64,000 nt of DNA, from assembly GCA_964496815.1 (NCBI GenBank), contig CAZCAO010000001.1, forward strand, positions 17,803 to 81,802, written 5' to 3'. The first letter of the stretch is position 1; each line of letters opens with the position of its first letter. The notes beneath the pieces are model-generated. The model was not told the DNA's origin. It was given only the letters and a program-made list of their open reading frames with translations, and searched no databases. The stretch comes from an uncultured Candidatus Saccharibacteria bacterium (GTDB taxonomy: Bacteria > Patescibacteriota > Saccharimonadia > CAILAD01 > JADZBC01). The position numbers were made by a program, and so were the translations under genes. Shown here in pieces: positions 20,098 to 30,286 of this stretch.

Positions 20098-21497
20098 AAA
20101 AATCATCTACAAATAAGAAATCACCGGCTCGGCATAACACTCCAATCTACATGCCACCTATGCCACGTCGTCAGCGCGCCAAGTCTCGTCATCGTTTGGC
20201 TAAGGCGGCGGGGTGGTTTGGTATCACCTTCGGCTTAATGGGTGTCGTGTATTTTTCTTACGCTGTTTTAATGGGGGGCAATACACCACAGAGCCGCAAT
20301 ATTCTCACTAGGCTCGTGAGCCCTCAGAGCCCGCAGCCAAAATTTGGCAAGATTTTGTTGACCGAGCCTGCAATTAGCTATGATACTAATGCCACCAAGG
20401 CGCTCATCTTCCAGGCCAACAAAGGCTATGTTCTGCCGGTTCAGACAGGCATTAGTAAGCAGGTGATTCGCTACACGTCGTCCGATGAAGAGGGTCGTGA
20501 GGTGCCAGTTTATGCACGTGTATATACACCTACCAGCCCTACGCCAAATAAGAATTTGCCGGTGTTTGCCTTCGCACCAGGGACTACTGGGATTGATGAC
20601 CGTTGTGCTGCGAGTTTGGAAAAACCAGCCGTTGCGAATTGGGCCAATTATGACTCACTGATGGCTGCTTATGCTGCGCAGGGTTACGCCGTGGTCATTA
20701 CAGACTATCAGGGCATGCGAGATCCCGATCGTATGCATCATTACATGATTGGGGCACAGGAGGGTCGAGCTGTTCTTGATAGCGTCCGAGCGCTCAAAAA
20801 CCTCCCAACTACCAAGGACACCATAGATAGTAAGAATATCTTCGTATCAGGCTATTCTCAGGGTGGGCACGCCGCTTTATGGGCCGATATGATAGCTGAT
20901 AATTATGCTCCGGAAATTGACCTGAAGGGCTTAGTCGGCTTTGGCCCCGTAAGCGACGTGCAGACAACTTTGGCTGACATTACCCGCGGGGCTAATATCA
21001 ACTGGTTTGGGCCATTTATCCTTACCTCTTATCAGGACTTTTATCGTACCAATTACAATTTAAGTTCTTTCTTGCTGCCGAAGTGGCAACAGAGTATCAA
21101 AACAGATATTGCCACGCAGTGTATTAATACCGTGATTCCACATTGGGGTAAAAATCCTGCAGCAATTTATCAACCGGAGTTCCTAGCCGCGCTGACACGA
21201 GGTGATCTGTCGGGTAATTATAGCGATCTGGCACGTGATCTGGCCAAAAATCGTGCTGGCACGGTCGCTACACCAACCGCCAAGCTTATTAACCACGGTC
21301 AGAAGGATAATGTAGTACTGCCAAGCCAATCCGAGGCTTTGAGACAACGCCTGTGCTTGATTGGCGGAGGTAGTTTGAGTGTTAAGTTGTATCCTACCGC
21401 GACGCATTACGATACGATGGCACAGAGTTTTAATGACACGATGAACTGGATGTCGGCGGTTCGATCCAATCAACCTCTGCCTTCAAGTTGCCAATGA
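20094..21497 (+). CDS. Membrane-anchored secretory lipase (LIP family alpha/beta hydrolase)
   Basis: GTTG..CAAS, TDYQG, GRAVLDSVRA, GYSQGG nucleophile elbow, HGQKDNVV, H; N-terminal TM. Confidence 0.87.
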   Translation: MKKSSTNKKSPARHNTPIYMPPMPRRQRAKSRHRLAKAAGWFGITFGLMGVVYFSYAVLMGGNTPQSRNILTRLVSPQSPQPKFGKILLTEPAISYDTNATKALIFQANKGYVLPVQTGISKQVIRYTSSDEEGREVPVYARVYTPTSPTPNKNLPVFAFAPGTTGIDDRCAASLEKPAVANWANYDSLMAAYAAQGYAVVITDYQGMRDPDRMHHYMIGAQEGRAVLDSVRALKNLPTTKDTIDSKNIFVSGYSQGGHAALWADMIADNYAPEIDLKGLVGFGPVSDVQTTLADITRGANINWFGPFILTSYQDFYRTNYNLSSFLLPKWQQSIKTDIATQCINTVIPHWGKNPAAIYQPEFLAALTRGDLSGNYSDLARDLAKNRAGTVATPTAKLINHGQKDNVVLPSQSEALRQRLCLIGGGSLSVKLYPTATHYDTMAQSFNDTMNWMSAVRSNQPLPSSCQ

Positions 21498-21901
21498 ATG
21501 TATTTGTTTCGGGCAGAATCGATGATATAGAGAGTGTTCGCGAAGTAATGCGAAAGATTGTTGCGTCGGGGCATAAAATTACTCACGACTGGACTAGGAC
21601 GGACACGTTTTTGGGCGGAGCGGTCGATAAGCTGAATAATATCGCCGAGTCAGGTTTGCGTGCCTCGAAGGACATTCAGGGCGTACTCGATGCTGACGTC
21701 TATCTATTGGTAAGTAGTAACGCTACCCTTGGTAAAGGCATGTATGTAGAACTCGGTGCGGCGCTCGCAGCGCATCAATTGTTAAATAAGATACAGGTCT
21801 ATATTATTGGGCCAATGAATCACCTCTCGGTTTTCTATTTACACCCCGCGGTTATACATAAAGATACTATAGAAGAGGTCCTCGCTCACCTAAAAAGTTA
21901 G
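21494..21901 (+). CDS. Nucleoside 2-deoxyribosyltransferase-like protein
   Basis: GHKITHDWT, DIQGVLDAD, GMYVELGAALA, SVFYLHP. Confidence 0.65.
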   Translation: MNVFVSGRIDDIESVREVMRKIVASGHKITHDWTRTDTFLGGAVDKLNNIAESGLRASKDIQGVLDADVYLLVSSNATLGKGMYVELGAALAAHQLLNKIQVYIIGPMNHLSVFYLHPAVIHKDTIEEVLAHLKS

Positions 21902-22417
21902 TAGCACAATGAACATTTGCAGATAGAATAGGTTGATGTTTATTATTTGAAGAATCCAAAAGTACTTATATGGCAGCATGGTCACCATGGGGTATCCTGC
22001 GAGGATGATAAGCTCTATACCAAGTAATAGAAAACGGGTAGCTGTAGGTAGTGGTAGTCCAAATATCGCACCAATGCTCAGCAATATTATAAAGCCACTC
22101 ATGGCAAATGCCAGGGCGGTATGGATAACGCCGTACTTTCCCTTGTCCGGCACAACCGCTTGTGCCCACTGAGTCAGCACACCGGCAAAGGCTAGACTTG
22201 TCAGGACTAAATTTGAGTTTTGAAGCCAAAATATGTTGTAGGCAAAAACTCCGAATGCCAGGCCGCCTATCATGTGGGCAAAAACATAGGCCATATAAGT
22301 GAGGCGGTGCTGTACGGCACGCTCGCTCAAGGTGGATCTGCCGTTGCCCCGTTCATGTAGCACTAAATAGCCGTGGACGATGTTGGTAGCCATAAATGAG
22401 ATTAAAAGCGCCTGCAT
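21890..22417 (-). CDS. Hypothetical integral membrane protein
   Basis: About six hydrophobic segments; TAAAAT 6 nt upstream of the ATG. Confidence 0.7.
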   Translation of the reverse strand: MQALLISFMATNIVHGYLVLHERGNGRSTLSERAVQHRLTYMAYVFAHMIGGLAFGVFAYNIFWLQNSNLVLTSLAFAGVLTQWAQAVVPDKGKYGVIHTALAFAMSGFIILLSIGAIFGLPLPTATRFLLLGIELIILAGYPMVTMLPYKYFWILQIININLFYLQMFIVLLTF

Positions 22418-22439
22418 AGTGCTATTTTACCCCAAACAA

Positions 22440-22471
22440 AAACCGCCCTGCTATGTATGGGCGGAAGTTTT
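22440..22471 (-). terminator. Terminator-like hairpin after rplU
   Basis: CCGCCC..GGGCGG stem with an adjacent A-run (U-tract on minus). Confidence 0.5.
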
Positions 22472-22473
22472 AC

Positions 22474-22779
22474 CTAGGCCTTAATGTCAGTAATGGTCAC
22501 TTCGGAGTACTTTTGACGGTGACCAGTCTTGGTGCTCTGTCGTTTCTTGGCTTTGTACTTTAGTATAACGACCTTCTTGCCCTTTACGGCTTCTTCGGCG
22601 ACTGTGGCCTTGACGACGGCGTTTTCAAGTACAGGCTTGCCAACCTGGACGTTATCTCCGTCGATGATCATTAGGGGCTTAAACTCAACAGTCTTCTCGT
22701 TGCCAAGAAGTTCGGTTTGGATCGTTTGACCCTTTTGGACGATGTACTGCTTTGAGCCAGCTTCGATTACTGCAATCAT
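22474..22779 (-). CDS. rplU: 50S ribosomal protein L21
   Basis: AVIEAGSKQY, KGKKV..KYKAKK..GHRQKYS. Confidence 0.96.
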   Translation of the reverse strand: MIAVIEAGSKQYIVQKGQTIQTELLGNEKTVEFKPLMIIDGDNVQVGKPVLENAVVKATVAEEAVKGKKVVILKYKAKKRQSTKTGHRQKYSEVTITDIKA

Positions 22780-22914
22780 GTGATTCCTCGTTTTTTGTTA
22801 GTCAATAAACAATCTTAGCAGATTTGGCAGTGTTTGTAAACGCCTTGAGCACCAGTAAAATACCTAGTCGTATCTGTTGGTACATGCTAAAATAGGTAGG
22901 ACAAAGGAGGGTGA

Positions 22915-23676
22915 GTGTCTCATATAATTGCTATTGCCAACCAGAAAGGAGGGGTAGGTAAAACTACCACCAGTATCAACCTGGGCGCCTACTTGGCTAA
23001 ACAAGGCCAAAAGGTATTAATTGTCGACTTGGATCCTCAAGGCAATAGTTCGAGCGGCCTGGCGATTGCCAAAAATCAATTACCGGCTACGGCATACAAT
23101 GTACTGATCGAAGGCGTTGTAGCAAGCGATGCCATTCAGGCTACTGGCGTGCCAAAACTCGATGTGCTACCGGCCAATGCCGTCTTAGCAGCTGCCGAAT
23201 TAGAGCTATCGACCATGCAACAAAGAGAATACCAGCTGCGCAAGGCACTCGGCGGTTTAGACTATGACTACATCCTGATTGACTGCCCCCCTTCGCTCGG
23301 GCTACTGACGCTCAATGGGCTCGTTGCGGCGACTCACTTGCTTATACCTGTTCAGTCTGAGTATTATGCCCTTGAGGGCCTCGGCCAGCTCTTAACAACA
23401 GTAAAAAGGGTGCGACAAGGCCTTAACCCACAGCTCACGCTGCTTGGTGTGGTCATCACAATGCATTCATCACGAACGAGTTTAGCCGCTCAGGTACAAA
23501 AGGAATTGAAACATCATTTTCCAGATACATTGTTTGATACAATAATTCCACGTAATATTAGATTAGCAGAGGCGCCAAGCCACGGCCGACCGATAAGCCA
23601 GTATGATAGGTTTTCCAAAGGCGCCCAGAGTTATAAGAAGCTTGCGAAGGAGGTAATGCAGCGTGTCAGCAAATAG
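22915..23676 (+). CDS. parA: Chromosome partitioning ATPase ParA/Soj
   Basis: NQKGGVGKTT, DLDPQGN, DCPPSLG, EYYALEG, LAEAPSHG. Confidence 0.96.
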   Translation: MSHIIAIANQKGGVGKTTTSINLGAYLAKQGQKVLIVDLDPQGNSSSGLAIAKNQLPATAYNVLIEGVVASDAIQATGVPKLDVLPANAVLAAAELELSTMQQREYQLRKALGGLDYDYILIDCPPSLGLLTLNGLVAATHLLIPVQSEYYALEGLGQLLTTVKRVRQGLNPQLTLLGVVITMHSSRTSLAAQVQKELKHHFPDTLFDTIIPRNIRLAEAPSHGRPISQYDRFSKGAQSYKKLAKEVMQRVSK

Positions 23677-24559
23677 TCAGAATACTAATCGACTGGGTAG
23701 GGGGCTTGAGAGCCTTATACCGACAGATATTGATGAGTTTGCCGCCCCTTCGATGCCGAAGGAGCTGATAAAAGAAGGCGCTCGAGTCGAAGACTTAGGT
23801 ATCAACGATATTGTGCCGAACCCAAATCAGCCACGTTCAACTTTTTCCGATGAGCAACTGGGCGAAATGGCACAATCAATTAAGGAGCATGGCATCGTTC
23901 AGCCGCTCGTGGTGGTGCGCGACGGCAGTACCTATCAGTTGATTGCTGGCGAGCGGAGATTGCGTGCTGCTAAGCTCGTTGGCCTAAAGACCGTGCCCGC
24001 AATAGTACGTAGCTTTTCGCAGCAAGAGCAGCTCGAGGTGGCTTTGATTGAAAACATTCAGCGTAGTGAGCTCAATGCCTTGGAGCTCGCTAGTGCCTAC
24101 GCCAAGTTGGCCGATCAGTTTAGCATGACGCTCGAGCAGATATCGCAGCGTGTTGGTAAAGCGGTTTCTACAGTGGGCAACATTATGCGCTTGCTGAACC
24201 TGCCACACGAAGCCAAAAAGGCTCTCAATGAGGGCCTAATCACCGAGGGCCATGCCAGGCAGATCCTTGCCGTGACAGATCCGGAGGATCAACTGATCTT
24301 TCTCGACATGATTATCAAGGGCGGACTGAATGTGCGTCAGGCCGAGGAATTGGCCCGTAATTTCAAAAAGGAAGGTAAAGCGGCGGTTAAGAAGGTGGTT
24401 GAAAAGCAAACCTACAATGCGCAACTAACTGCCGATCTCGGCAGGTATCTTGGTACCAAAGTAGATGTCCAAAAGACCGCCAAGGGTGGCAAGCTGGTGA
24501 TTGAATTCTATTCCGACGAGGAGCTTGGTCGTCTGTATCATCAAATCCTAGGGGAGTAA
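23663..24559 (+). CDS. parB: Chromosome partitioning protein ParB/Spo0J
   Basis: LGRGL, NPNQPR, IAGERRLRA, LIENIQR, HTH, GHAR. Confidence 0.96.
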   Translation: MSANSQNTNRLGRGLESLIPTDIDEFAAPSMPKELIKEGARVEDLGINDIVPNPNQPRSTFSDEQLGEMAQSIKEHGIVQPLVVVRDGSTYQLIAGERRLRAAKLVGLKTVPAIVRSFSQQEQLEVALIENIQRSELNALELASAYAKLADQFSMTLEQISQRVGKAVSTVGNIMRLLNLPHEAKKALNEGLITEGHARQILAVTDPEDQLIFLDMIIKGGLNVRQAEELARNFKKEGKAAVKKVVEKQTYNAQLTADLGRYLGTKVDVQKTAKGGKLVIEFYSDEELGRLYHQILGE

Positions 24560-24561
24560 AA

Positions 24562-25017
24562 ATGGCAATTCGAGTACATGAACTCGGGCACATAGTGCTT
24601 TATGTGCGCAACGTGATTCGCTCCTCAGAATTTTACGAGAAGGTTTTAGGCTGGGAAAGACTGTCTAGCTCAGCTGATTTGCCGGTTGCTTTGTTCTCAA
24701 GTGGTCGAACTCATCATGAGTTGTTACTAATTGAGGTTGGCGAAGCTGCGGGCAGAGTTAGGGGTGGCTATCGAACAGGGTTGTACCACTTTGGGCTTAA
24801 GGTGGGTGACAGTGATGACGAACTCAGAGAGGTCGCCCGTGTATTACGTAAAAATGGAATAGAAGTTGCTGGGGCAACAGATCATAACGTGACGCACAGC
24901 TTGTACATTGAAGACCCTGATGGCAACGAAATTGAGTTATACATTGATGTGCCAGGTGTTGACTGGAGGTCTAATCCAGGCTTGATTATGGCCCCGCCTA
25001 AGCCCCTAGAGCTATGA
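24562..25017 (+). CDS. VOC/glyoxalase family protein
   Basis: LGHIVLYV, HHELLL, GLYHFGL, SLYIEDPDGNEIELY. Confidence 0.88.
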   Translation: MAIRVHELGHIVLYVRNVIRSSEFYEKVLGWERLSSSADLPVALFSSGRTHHELLLIEVGEAAGRVRGGYRTGLYHFGLKVGDSDDELREVARVLRKNGIEVAGATDHNVTHSLYIEDPDGNEIELYIDVPGVDWRSNPGLIMAPPKPLEL

Positions 25018-25862
25018 ATGTAGACAGCTTCATTCCCTTTGATAAATCTTGGCTAATCCGTTTAGGTGTTTTGGATATTATTAACGGTAGAGATCAGATA
25101 ATTAGGGTTCTAGAGAGAGCGCCGGCCAGGTCTTTAGGTTCCGACCTCGAGGCACTACTGCGAGCAGCGCGTTTTTGGCATATAGGTACAGAGATTGATG
25201 TCGGAGAGTCGGGTACATTGTATCGCTTTTTAATGTTCGCAAATTGGAAGTTTGGCATGGGCGTTCATTTTAAGACCAAGGGCACATTACAGGAGAGAAA
25301 ACTAACGGTCGATGACTCTGTTATAGGTATGTCCGTTAAGGATTTACTTAAACTTGATTCTCATACGTCGCAGTGGGCTAGCGCGGCTGTGCTATTTACT
25401 GACACGCCGAGACCCCCTGGAACTCTGCCATACCATCTAGAGATGACCTTCAAAGCAAAGGAGCATTGGAACGAACGAATTGATAATGGTTTGGATTGGT
25501 TACCTCGTAGGGATGCCACAATCTTGCGTCAGGCACACGCTTATAAGTTTTATTGTGATAGTGGAGTTATGGAGTTTACGCCAATCCAGGCAGAGGACTA
25601 TTGCTTTGCGCGCGCCTTTGGCCTAATGACTGCCAGTGATGGCGAAGCGCGATGGCCGAGTTTGCGGCAACACGAGAGCGATCGTATTGCCGAAATGGAG
25701 CGGCTCTTAGTAGCCGATGCAATAGATTCTCATGACCATCGAGTCGTACAGGCGCTTGCAATGTTGGGTGTGAAAAAATCACGCTTTAGCGATCCTGCCT
25801 GTGTTGCCAAGACCTGGCCACAGTTCTGGGATTATTTGGATGCCGTTGCAGTTCGAACTTAG
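25014..25862 (+). CDS. Short EPSP synthase (AroA)-like enolpyruvyl transferase homologue
   Basis: PFDKSWLIR, GESGTLYRF, SQWASA, LRQHESDRI, DHRVVQA and CVAKTWPQFW follow AroA motif order in only 282 aa. Confidence 0.7.
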   Translation: MNVDSFIPFDKSWLIRLGVLDIINGRDQIIRVLERAPARSLGSDLEALLRAARFWHIGTEIDVGESGTLYRFLMFANWKFGMGVHFKTKGTLQERKLTVDDSVIGMSVKDLLKLDSHTSQWASAAVLFTDTPRPPGTLPYHLEMTFKAKEHWNERIDNGLDWLPRRDATILRQAHAYKFYCDSGVMEFTPIQAEDYCFARAFGLMTASDGEARWPSLRQHESDRIAEMERLLVADAIDSHDHRVVQALAMLGVKKSRFSDPACVAKTWPQFWDYLDAVAVRT

Positions 25863-26665
25863 TACGTAGGGTGCTTGAGTGGGCCGAGTTCATTAATTGG
25901 TAGTAAGCGTGCGGTGGCAACTCCAACGATATCAAATCTGGGTAGTTGTCCCCATTCGCGTGAATCAAAGCTACCATTCGGTGAACGATTATCGCCAACT
26001 ACAAAATATTTATCATCCTCGATAACTTCGTCGATCTCGCCCTGTGTGGTTAGAGATTGGTCTATATAGGGCTCATTCAGCACGAGGCCACCGGGATTTT
26101 CCTTGTTATATATAGTGAATTTACCATCCTTCAAAACTACACGCTCGCCCGGTAGGCCGATAAGGCGTTTAATGAAGAACGTACCAGGGCTGTTTGGGTA
26201 ACGAAACACCAAGACGTCGCCGCGTTTGAGATCTAAGCGCGTATCCATGCCAAGCGTTGCTTTGATAGTTGTAAGAGTGAAACCTACCTTGTCGATAATG
26301 AGGTAATCCCCATCTTGGAAATCAGGGTTCATACTGCTCCCCGATACATAGAAGGCCTGGAAGACGAAACTGTGCAAGAATAAGACAATGAGACCTGGAA
26401 GCACAACCCAACTAAAAATCGTTTTAAGCACGCCAAGGATTGCACTGGCTGGTCTTCCCTCGTCCTCGAAATCATCCTCGGCTTCTTGGGTGACTGCCTG
26501 CTCGGCCGCGGGCTTGATAGGCGGAGCTAACTTTGTCTGGTGTGCTGGCGTTGGACTTTGGTGAGGAGGCATGCTGGTCGGCTGCACAGGTGCTGCGGCC
26601 TGAGCCGGTGTTGGAGTCGGCTTTGGTTGGGGCTGCACTGGATGAGATTCGGGGTCTTGTTGCAT
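25859..26665 (-). CDS. lepB: Signal peptidase I
   Basis: VSGSSMNP, RGDVLVF, FIKRLIGLPGE, GDNR..SFDSR.WG; Pro/Gln-rich N-terminus. Confidence 0.94.
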   Translation of the reverse strand: MQQDPESHPVQPQPKPTPTPAQAAAPVQPTSMPPHQSPTPAHQTKLAPPIKPAAEQAVTQEAEDDFEDEGRPASAILGVLKTIFSWVVLPGLIVLFLHSFVFQAFYVSGSSMNPDFQDGDYLIIDKVGFTLTTIKATLGMDTRLDLKRGDVLVFRYPNSPGTFFIKRLIGLPGERVVLKDGKFTIYNKENPGGLVLNEPYIDQSLTTQGEIDEVIEDDKYFVVGDNRSPNGSFDSREWGQLPRFDIVGVATARLLPINELGPLKHPTY

Positions 26666-26749
26666 AGCTATCATTATAGCTTGGCATAACCAGGATTGAA
26701 AGTGCCATAAGCTTTACGAATAGAGTGCGGAGTCAGTATAATAGGGCTA

Positions 26750-28237
26750 ATGCGCCAGAAAAAACCTACAAGGGGGGTGAGTATAGCAACGAGTCGTAAC
26801 AGTGGAGGAGGCGACCCGGCTTTTATTTATGACCCAAAGCGTCGCAAGGTTAAGAGTGAGCATGGCTTAAGGACAGCTTTGGTGATTGGGATGCTCGTGT
26901 TGCTAGCGGGGGGGAGTGCTTTTGCCGCCAAAAGCTATTTATCGCTCGGCAAAGTTATTCAACGCAACACGGGTGTGAGCGCCAGTGGGCTTAAGGGCAA
27001 ACTTCAGCTCTCGCAGCTAAAAGGCGAAGGCGAGGGCAGGGTAAACATTTTGCTTCTAGGCGTTGGAGACAGTAACCATTCGGGAGCGCAATTAAGCGAC
27101 ACGATGATGGTTCTAAGTATTGACCCTCAGACGAACGACGTGGCTATGCTTGGGATCCCACGGGATCTTTGGGTGAATATACCTGGCTTCGGCTATAGCA
27201 AGATTAACGCCGCACATGCCTACGGCGAACAGCTGAAGAAAGATGGTGGTCCAGAGATGGCCAAGAAAGTAGTGAGTACGACATTAGGAGTGCCGATTCA
27301 TTACTTTTTCAGAGCCGACTTTACGGCCTTTAAGCAGGCGGTTGATTCGGTGGGGGGCGTAGATATTGATGTCAAACAGGCCCTCTATGACCAGGAATAC
27401 CCATGTGAGAGAAACGAGAATTTATCATGCGGATTTCGTTTGAAGGCCGGACTTCAGAAAATGGATGGTACCACGGCACTGCGTTATGTACGTTGTCGTA
27501 AGGGGAATTGTGGGGACGATTTCGGACGTGCTCAGCGACAACAGCAAATCATCCTAGCACTTAAAGCTAAGGCACTCAGTATGAAGACATTGCTTGACCC
27601 TACTAAGCTATCAGGCCTGATTGATACTGTGGGTGACAATATTCGACTTGATATGCAGATTGCTGAAATCCAACGCCTGATTGATATTAGTAAGAAAGTC
27701 GATGCTTCCAAAATCGTGAATGCTGTACTTGATAATGATGCAGATAAGGGTACGAACTTGGTGCGGACGGCCAATATCGGCGGTGCAAGCGTGGTTGTGC
27801 CTACAGCAGGAATTGGAAATTACGGTCAAATTCAGCGTTACGTGAAGTCAATATTTGTCGATGGCTACATACAGCAGGAAAAAGCGCGAGTCGAGGTACA
27901 GAACGGCACTGCTCGACCTGGACTTGCTCTGAATGCCGCCAACATGTTGAAAGGTTACAATTACAATGTTATAAATACTGTGTCAGCTGATCGATCTACC
28001 TATACAAAAACTCAGATCGTGGACTATAGTGGTGGTAAGGTTCCTTACACTTTACGCTACCTAGAAAAGAGATTTGGCGTGAAGGCAACACGAGCTCAAA
28101 CTGTAGCTCAACAGTCAAATACACAGAATCAGACCGCAGCCAATGTCCGACCAGCCACAGGATCGCTGACGACAGCACAGCCTCAGATTGTGATCATCAT
28201 AGGCGCTGATTACAAGCCGACTAACCTATACGAATGA
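26750..28237 (+). CDS. LCP family protein with LytR C-terminal domain
   Basis: NILLLG.., SDTMM, IPRD, KINAAH, ALRYVR.R, DFGRAQRQQ; VEVQNGT..GLA C-terminal domain. Confidence 0.92.
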   Translation: MRQKKPTRGVSIATSRNSGGGDPAFIYDPKRRKVKSEHGLRTALVIGMLVLLAGGSAFAAKSYLSLGKVIQRNTGVSASGLKGKLQLSQLKGEGEGRVNILLLGVGDSNHSGAQLSDTMMVLSIDPQTNDVAMLGIPRDLWVNIPGFGYSKINAAHAYGEQLKKDGGPEMAKKVVSTTLGVPIHYFFRADFTAFKQAVDSVGGVDIDVKQALYDQEYPCERNENLSCGFRLKAGLQKMDGTTALRYVRCRKGNCGDDFGRAQRQQQIILALKAKALSMKTLLDPTKLSGLIDTVGDNIRLDMQIAEIQRLIDISKKVDASKIVNAVLDNDADKGTNLVRTANIGGASVVVPTAGIGNYGQIQRYVKSIFVDGYIQQEKARVEVQNGTARPGLALNAANMLKGYNYNVINTVSADRSTYTKTQIVDYSGGKVPYTLRYLEKRFGVKATRAQTVAQQSNTQNQTAANVRPATGSLTTAQPQIVIIIGADYKPTNLYE

Positions 28238-29016
28238 CAAAAACACAGCGTACTATAATACTATTTATACCAATTCAGGCTTTGGTAGTTTTTCTATTCT
28301 TCTACCTAACTCGTTATTGGGTGGCTGGATTGGCAATTCAGGCCGGATTAACACTCATTATGACACGTCGCTTGTTGACTGCAGGCAACCGAGCAGTTAT
28401 TGCTGCTAAGTCCCTTCAGCCATTTTTATTCATAGGGACCGCATCCCTTTATAGCGTGCTACTCGTTCAGCTTTATGGTGTTAGTATACCTTTCTTCGTA
28501 CTCCAGACACTCATTATTAGCACATGTTTTGGCCTTGTTAGTTATGCGGCCTTGCGTTCACGTATTCCAGTTTGGGCCAGTAGTATAATCAGCCTTGTCC
28601 AGGTTGGATTGGTTGCGAATTTTGCTTTACTCAGCATGGCTTATTGGCGTGTGCCAAGTTTCTTGATATTGCCTTTGCTGTTTGTGGCTCTCGGCTATGT
28701 TGCGTTGTGGTGGATCATTGAAGTTGGACGGGCGGAAGATGCCCCAACGTTGTATGCTTCGACCTTTGCCCTATTAGCTGCTGAGCTGGTCTGGGCGTAT
28801 TCTCATTGGGTCTTGGTTTATCAATTGCCCCGTCTCAATATTGTAATTTCTCAAGCTGCTATAATCATCGGTGCCCTGGCCTATACTACTGGAGGTATAC
28901 ATTTGCATCGCAGCAGTAAGCGCTTGCGACCGCAGCTGATTTTTGAATACCTAGCTGTATTTGCAGTAGTATTTTTAGCAACGTTCTTAACTACTCGCTG
29001 GGTGAGTGGGCTTTAA
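28234..29016 (+). CDS. Hypothetical multi-pass membrane protein
   Basis: Highly hydrophobic 260-aa ORF overlapping the LCP stop codon. Confidence 0.7.
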   Translation: MTKTQRTIILFIPIQALVVFLFFYLTRYWVAGLAIQAGLTLIMTRRLLTAGNRAVIAAKSLQPFLFIGTASLYSVLLVQLYGVSIPFFVLQTLIISTCFGLVSYAALRSRIPVWASSIISLVQVGLVANFALLSMAYWRVPSFLILPLLFVALGYVALWWIIEVGRAEDAPTLYASTFALLAAELVWAYSHWVLVYQLPRLNIVISQAAIIIGALAYTTGGIHLHRSSKRLRPQLIFEYLAVFAVVFLATFLTTRWVSGL

Positions 29017-29064
29017 GGTACTCTTCAGCTTGGTGTAGATAATAGAATTGAACAAAGGAGTAGC

Positions 29065-30282
29065 ATGAACAGTAGTCAACAAGCAAAACCTAAAACCTCA
29101 CGTTCGGCTGCTGACACAAAGGCAATGGAGAAGCCAATCGAGAGACAGGTTGGTAATAGTCTCGACCAACACCTGACAACCAAAAAGCGTGTGGTTGCCT
29201 TGTTGAGCGGGGTGGGGCTATGTCTGGTGGCTGGTTTCGTAGGTGCCTGGTTATACCTGGGATTCCTGGGTGGCACAACTCGACTTGTGGAGGAACGCAA
29301 AAGCCTTTTGATTAAAGAGGATTCGGCAGTTATTAATGTGGCGCAACAGGTCTCGCCCAGCGTCGTGAGTATTACCGCTAACAGTAATTCGGTTGATTTC
29401 TTTGGGCAGAATCAAACCGAGGCATCTTCTGGAACGGGTATTATTCTCAAATCCGATGGCTTAATTTTGACAAACAAGCACGTGGTAGAGGGTGGTGATA
29501 GTTTTATGGTGATTACGAGCGACGGCAAAGAATATAAAGACGCCAAGGTAGTCGCAAAGGATCCGAGCAATGACATTGCTTTTCTCAAGATTGACGCCAA
29601 AGGCCTGACAGCAGCTAGCTTGGGTGACTCATCGAAGGTACAAGTTGGTCAGAGGGTTATCGCAATTGGTAACGCCCTGGGTCAGTTTCAGAACACCGTA
29701 ACGACTGGTGTGATATCTGGCAAAAGTCGACCAATTACTGCCACCGGCGGCAATGGCACGGAGAGCCTACAAAACTTGTTCCAGACTGACGCTGCGATTA
29801 ACCCTGGTAATTCTGGCGGCCCCCTCGTGAACATCGCCGGTGAAGTTATAGGCATTAATACAGCCGTGGCTGGCAACGGCGCCGAGAACATCGGCTTCGC
29901 CATACCGATTAATGAGGCCAAGAAAGACATTGCAACGGTAGCAGCGAATGGTAAGATCACGCGCGCTTACCTGGGTGTACGCTATGTCCCGGTAACGCAG
30001 GATGTTGCGGTGCGGAGTGATATTTCGGAAAAGGCAATTGGTGGCGCGTTGGTCGCAGGCCGTGATGGTAGTGGCGTTCTGCCGGGCAGCCCTGCTGACA
30101 AAGCCGGCATCAAGCAAGGCGATGTTATTACCCGGCTTAACGATACAGTACTCGATGAAAACAACTCACTCGCTTCGGTTATTGCGAAATTTAGCGTTGG
30201 TGACACAATCCGTATCACCGTTTTACGCGACAACAAAGAAGTAGTCCTGCGGGCTAAATTGGCCGAGGCGCCTGCACAGTAA
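29065..30282 (+). CDS. htrA: HtrA/DegP-like serine protease with PDZ domain
   Basis: TNKHVV, DIA, QTDAAINPGNSGGPL, PDZ (GSPADKAGIKQGDVI). Confidence 0.94.
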   Translation: MNSSQQAKPKTSRSAADTKAMEKPIERQVGNSLDQHLTTKKRVVALLSGVGLCLVAGFVGAWLYLGFLGGTTRLVEERKSLLIKEDSAVINVAQQVSPSVVSITANSNSVDFFGQNQTEASSGTGIILKSDGLILTNKHVVEGGDSFMVITSDGKEYKDAKVVAKDPSNDIAFLKIDAKGLTAASLGDSSKVQVGQRVIAIGNALGQFQNTVTTGVISGKSRPITATGGNGTESLQNLFQTDAAINPGNSGGPLVNIAGEVIGINTAVAGNGAENIGFAIPINEAKKDIATVAANGKITRAYLGVRYVPVTQDVAVRSDISEKAIGGALVAGRDGSGVLPGSPADKAGIKQGDVITRLNDTVLDENNSLASVIAKFSVGDTIRITVLRDNKEVVLRAKLAEAPAQ

Positions 30283-30286
30283 ACAG

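Noticed and set aside
22780-24560. parS site or replication origin near parAB
   Set aside because: I saw no TGTTTCACGTGAAACA-like palindrome or DnaA-box cluster by eye.
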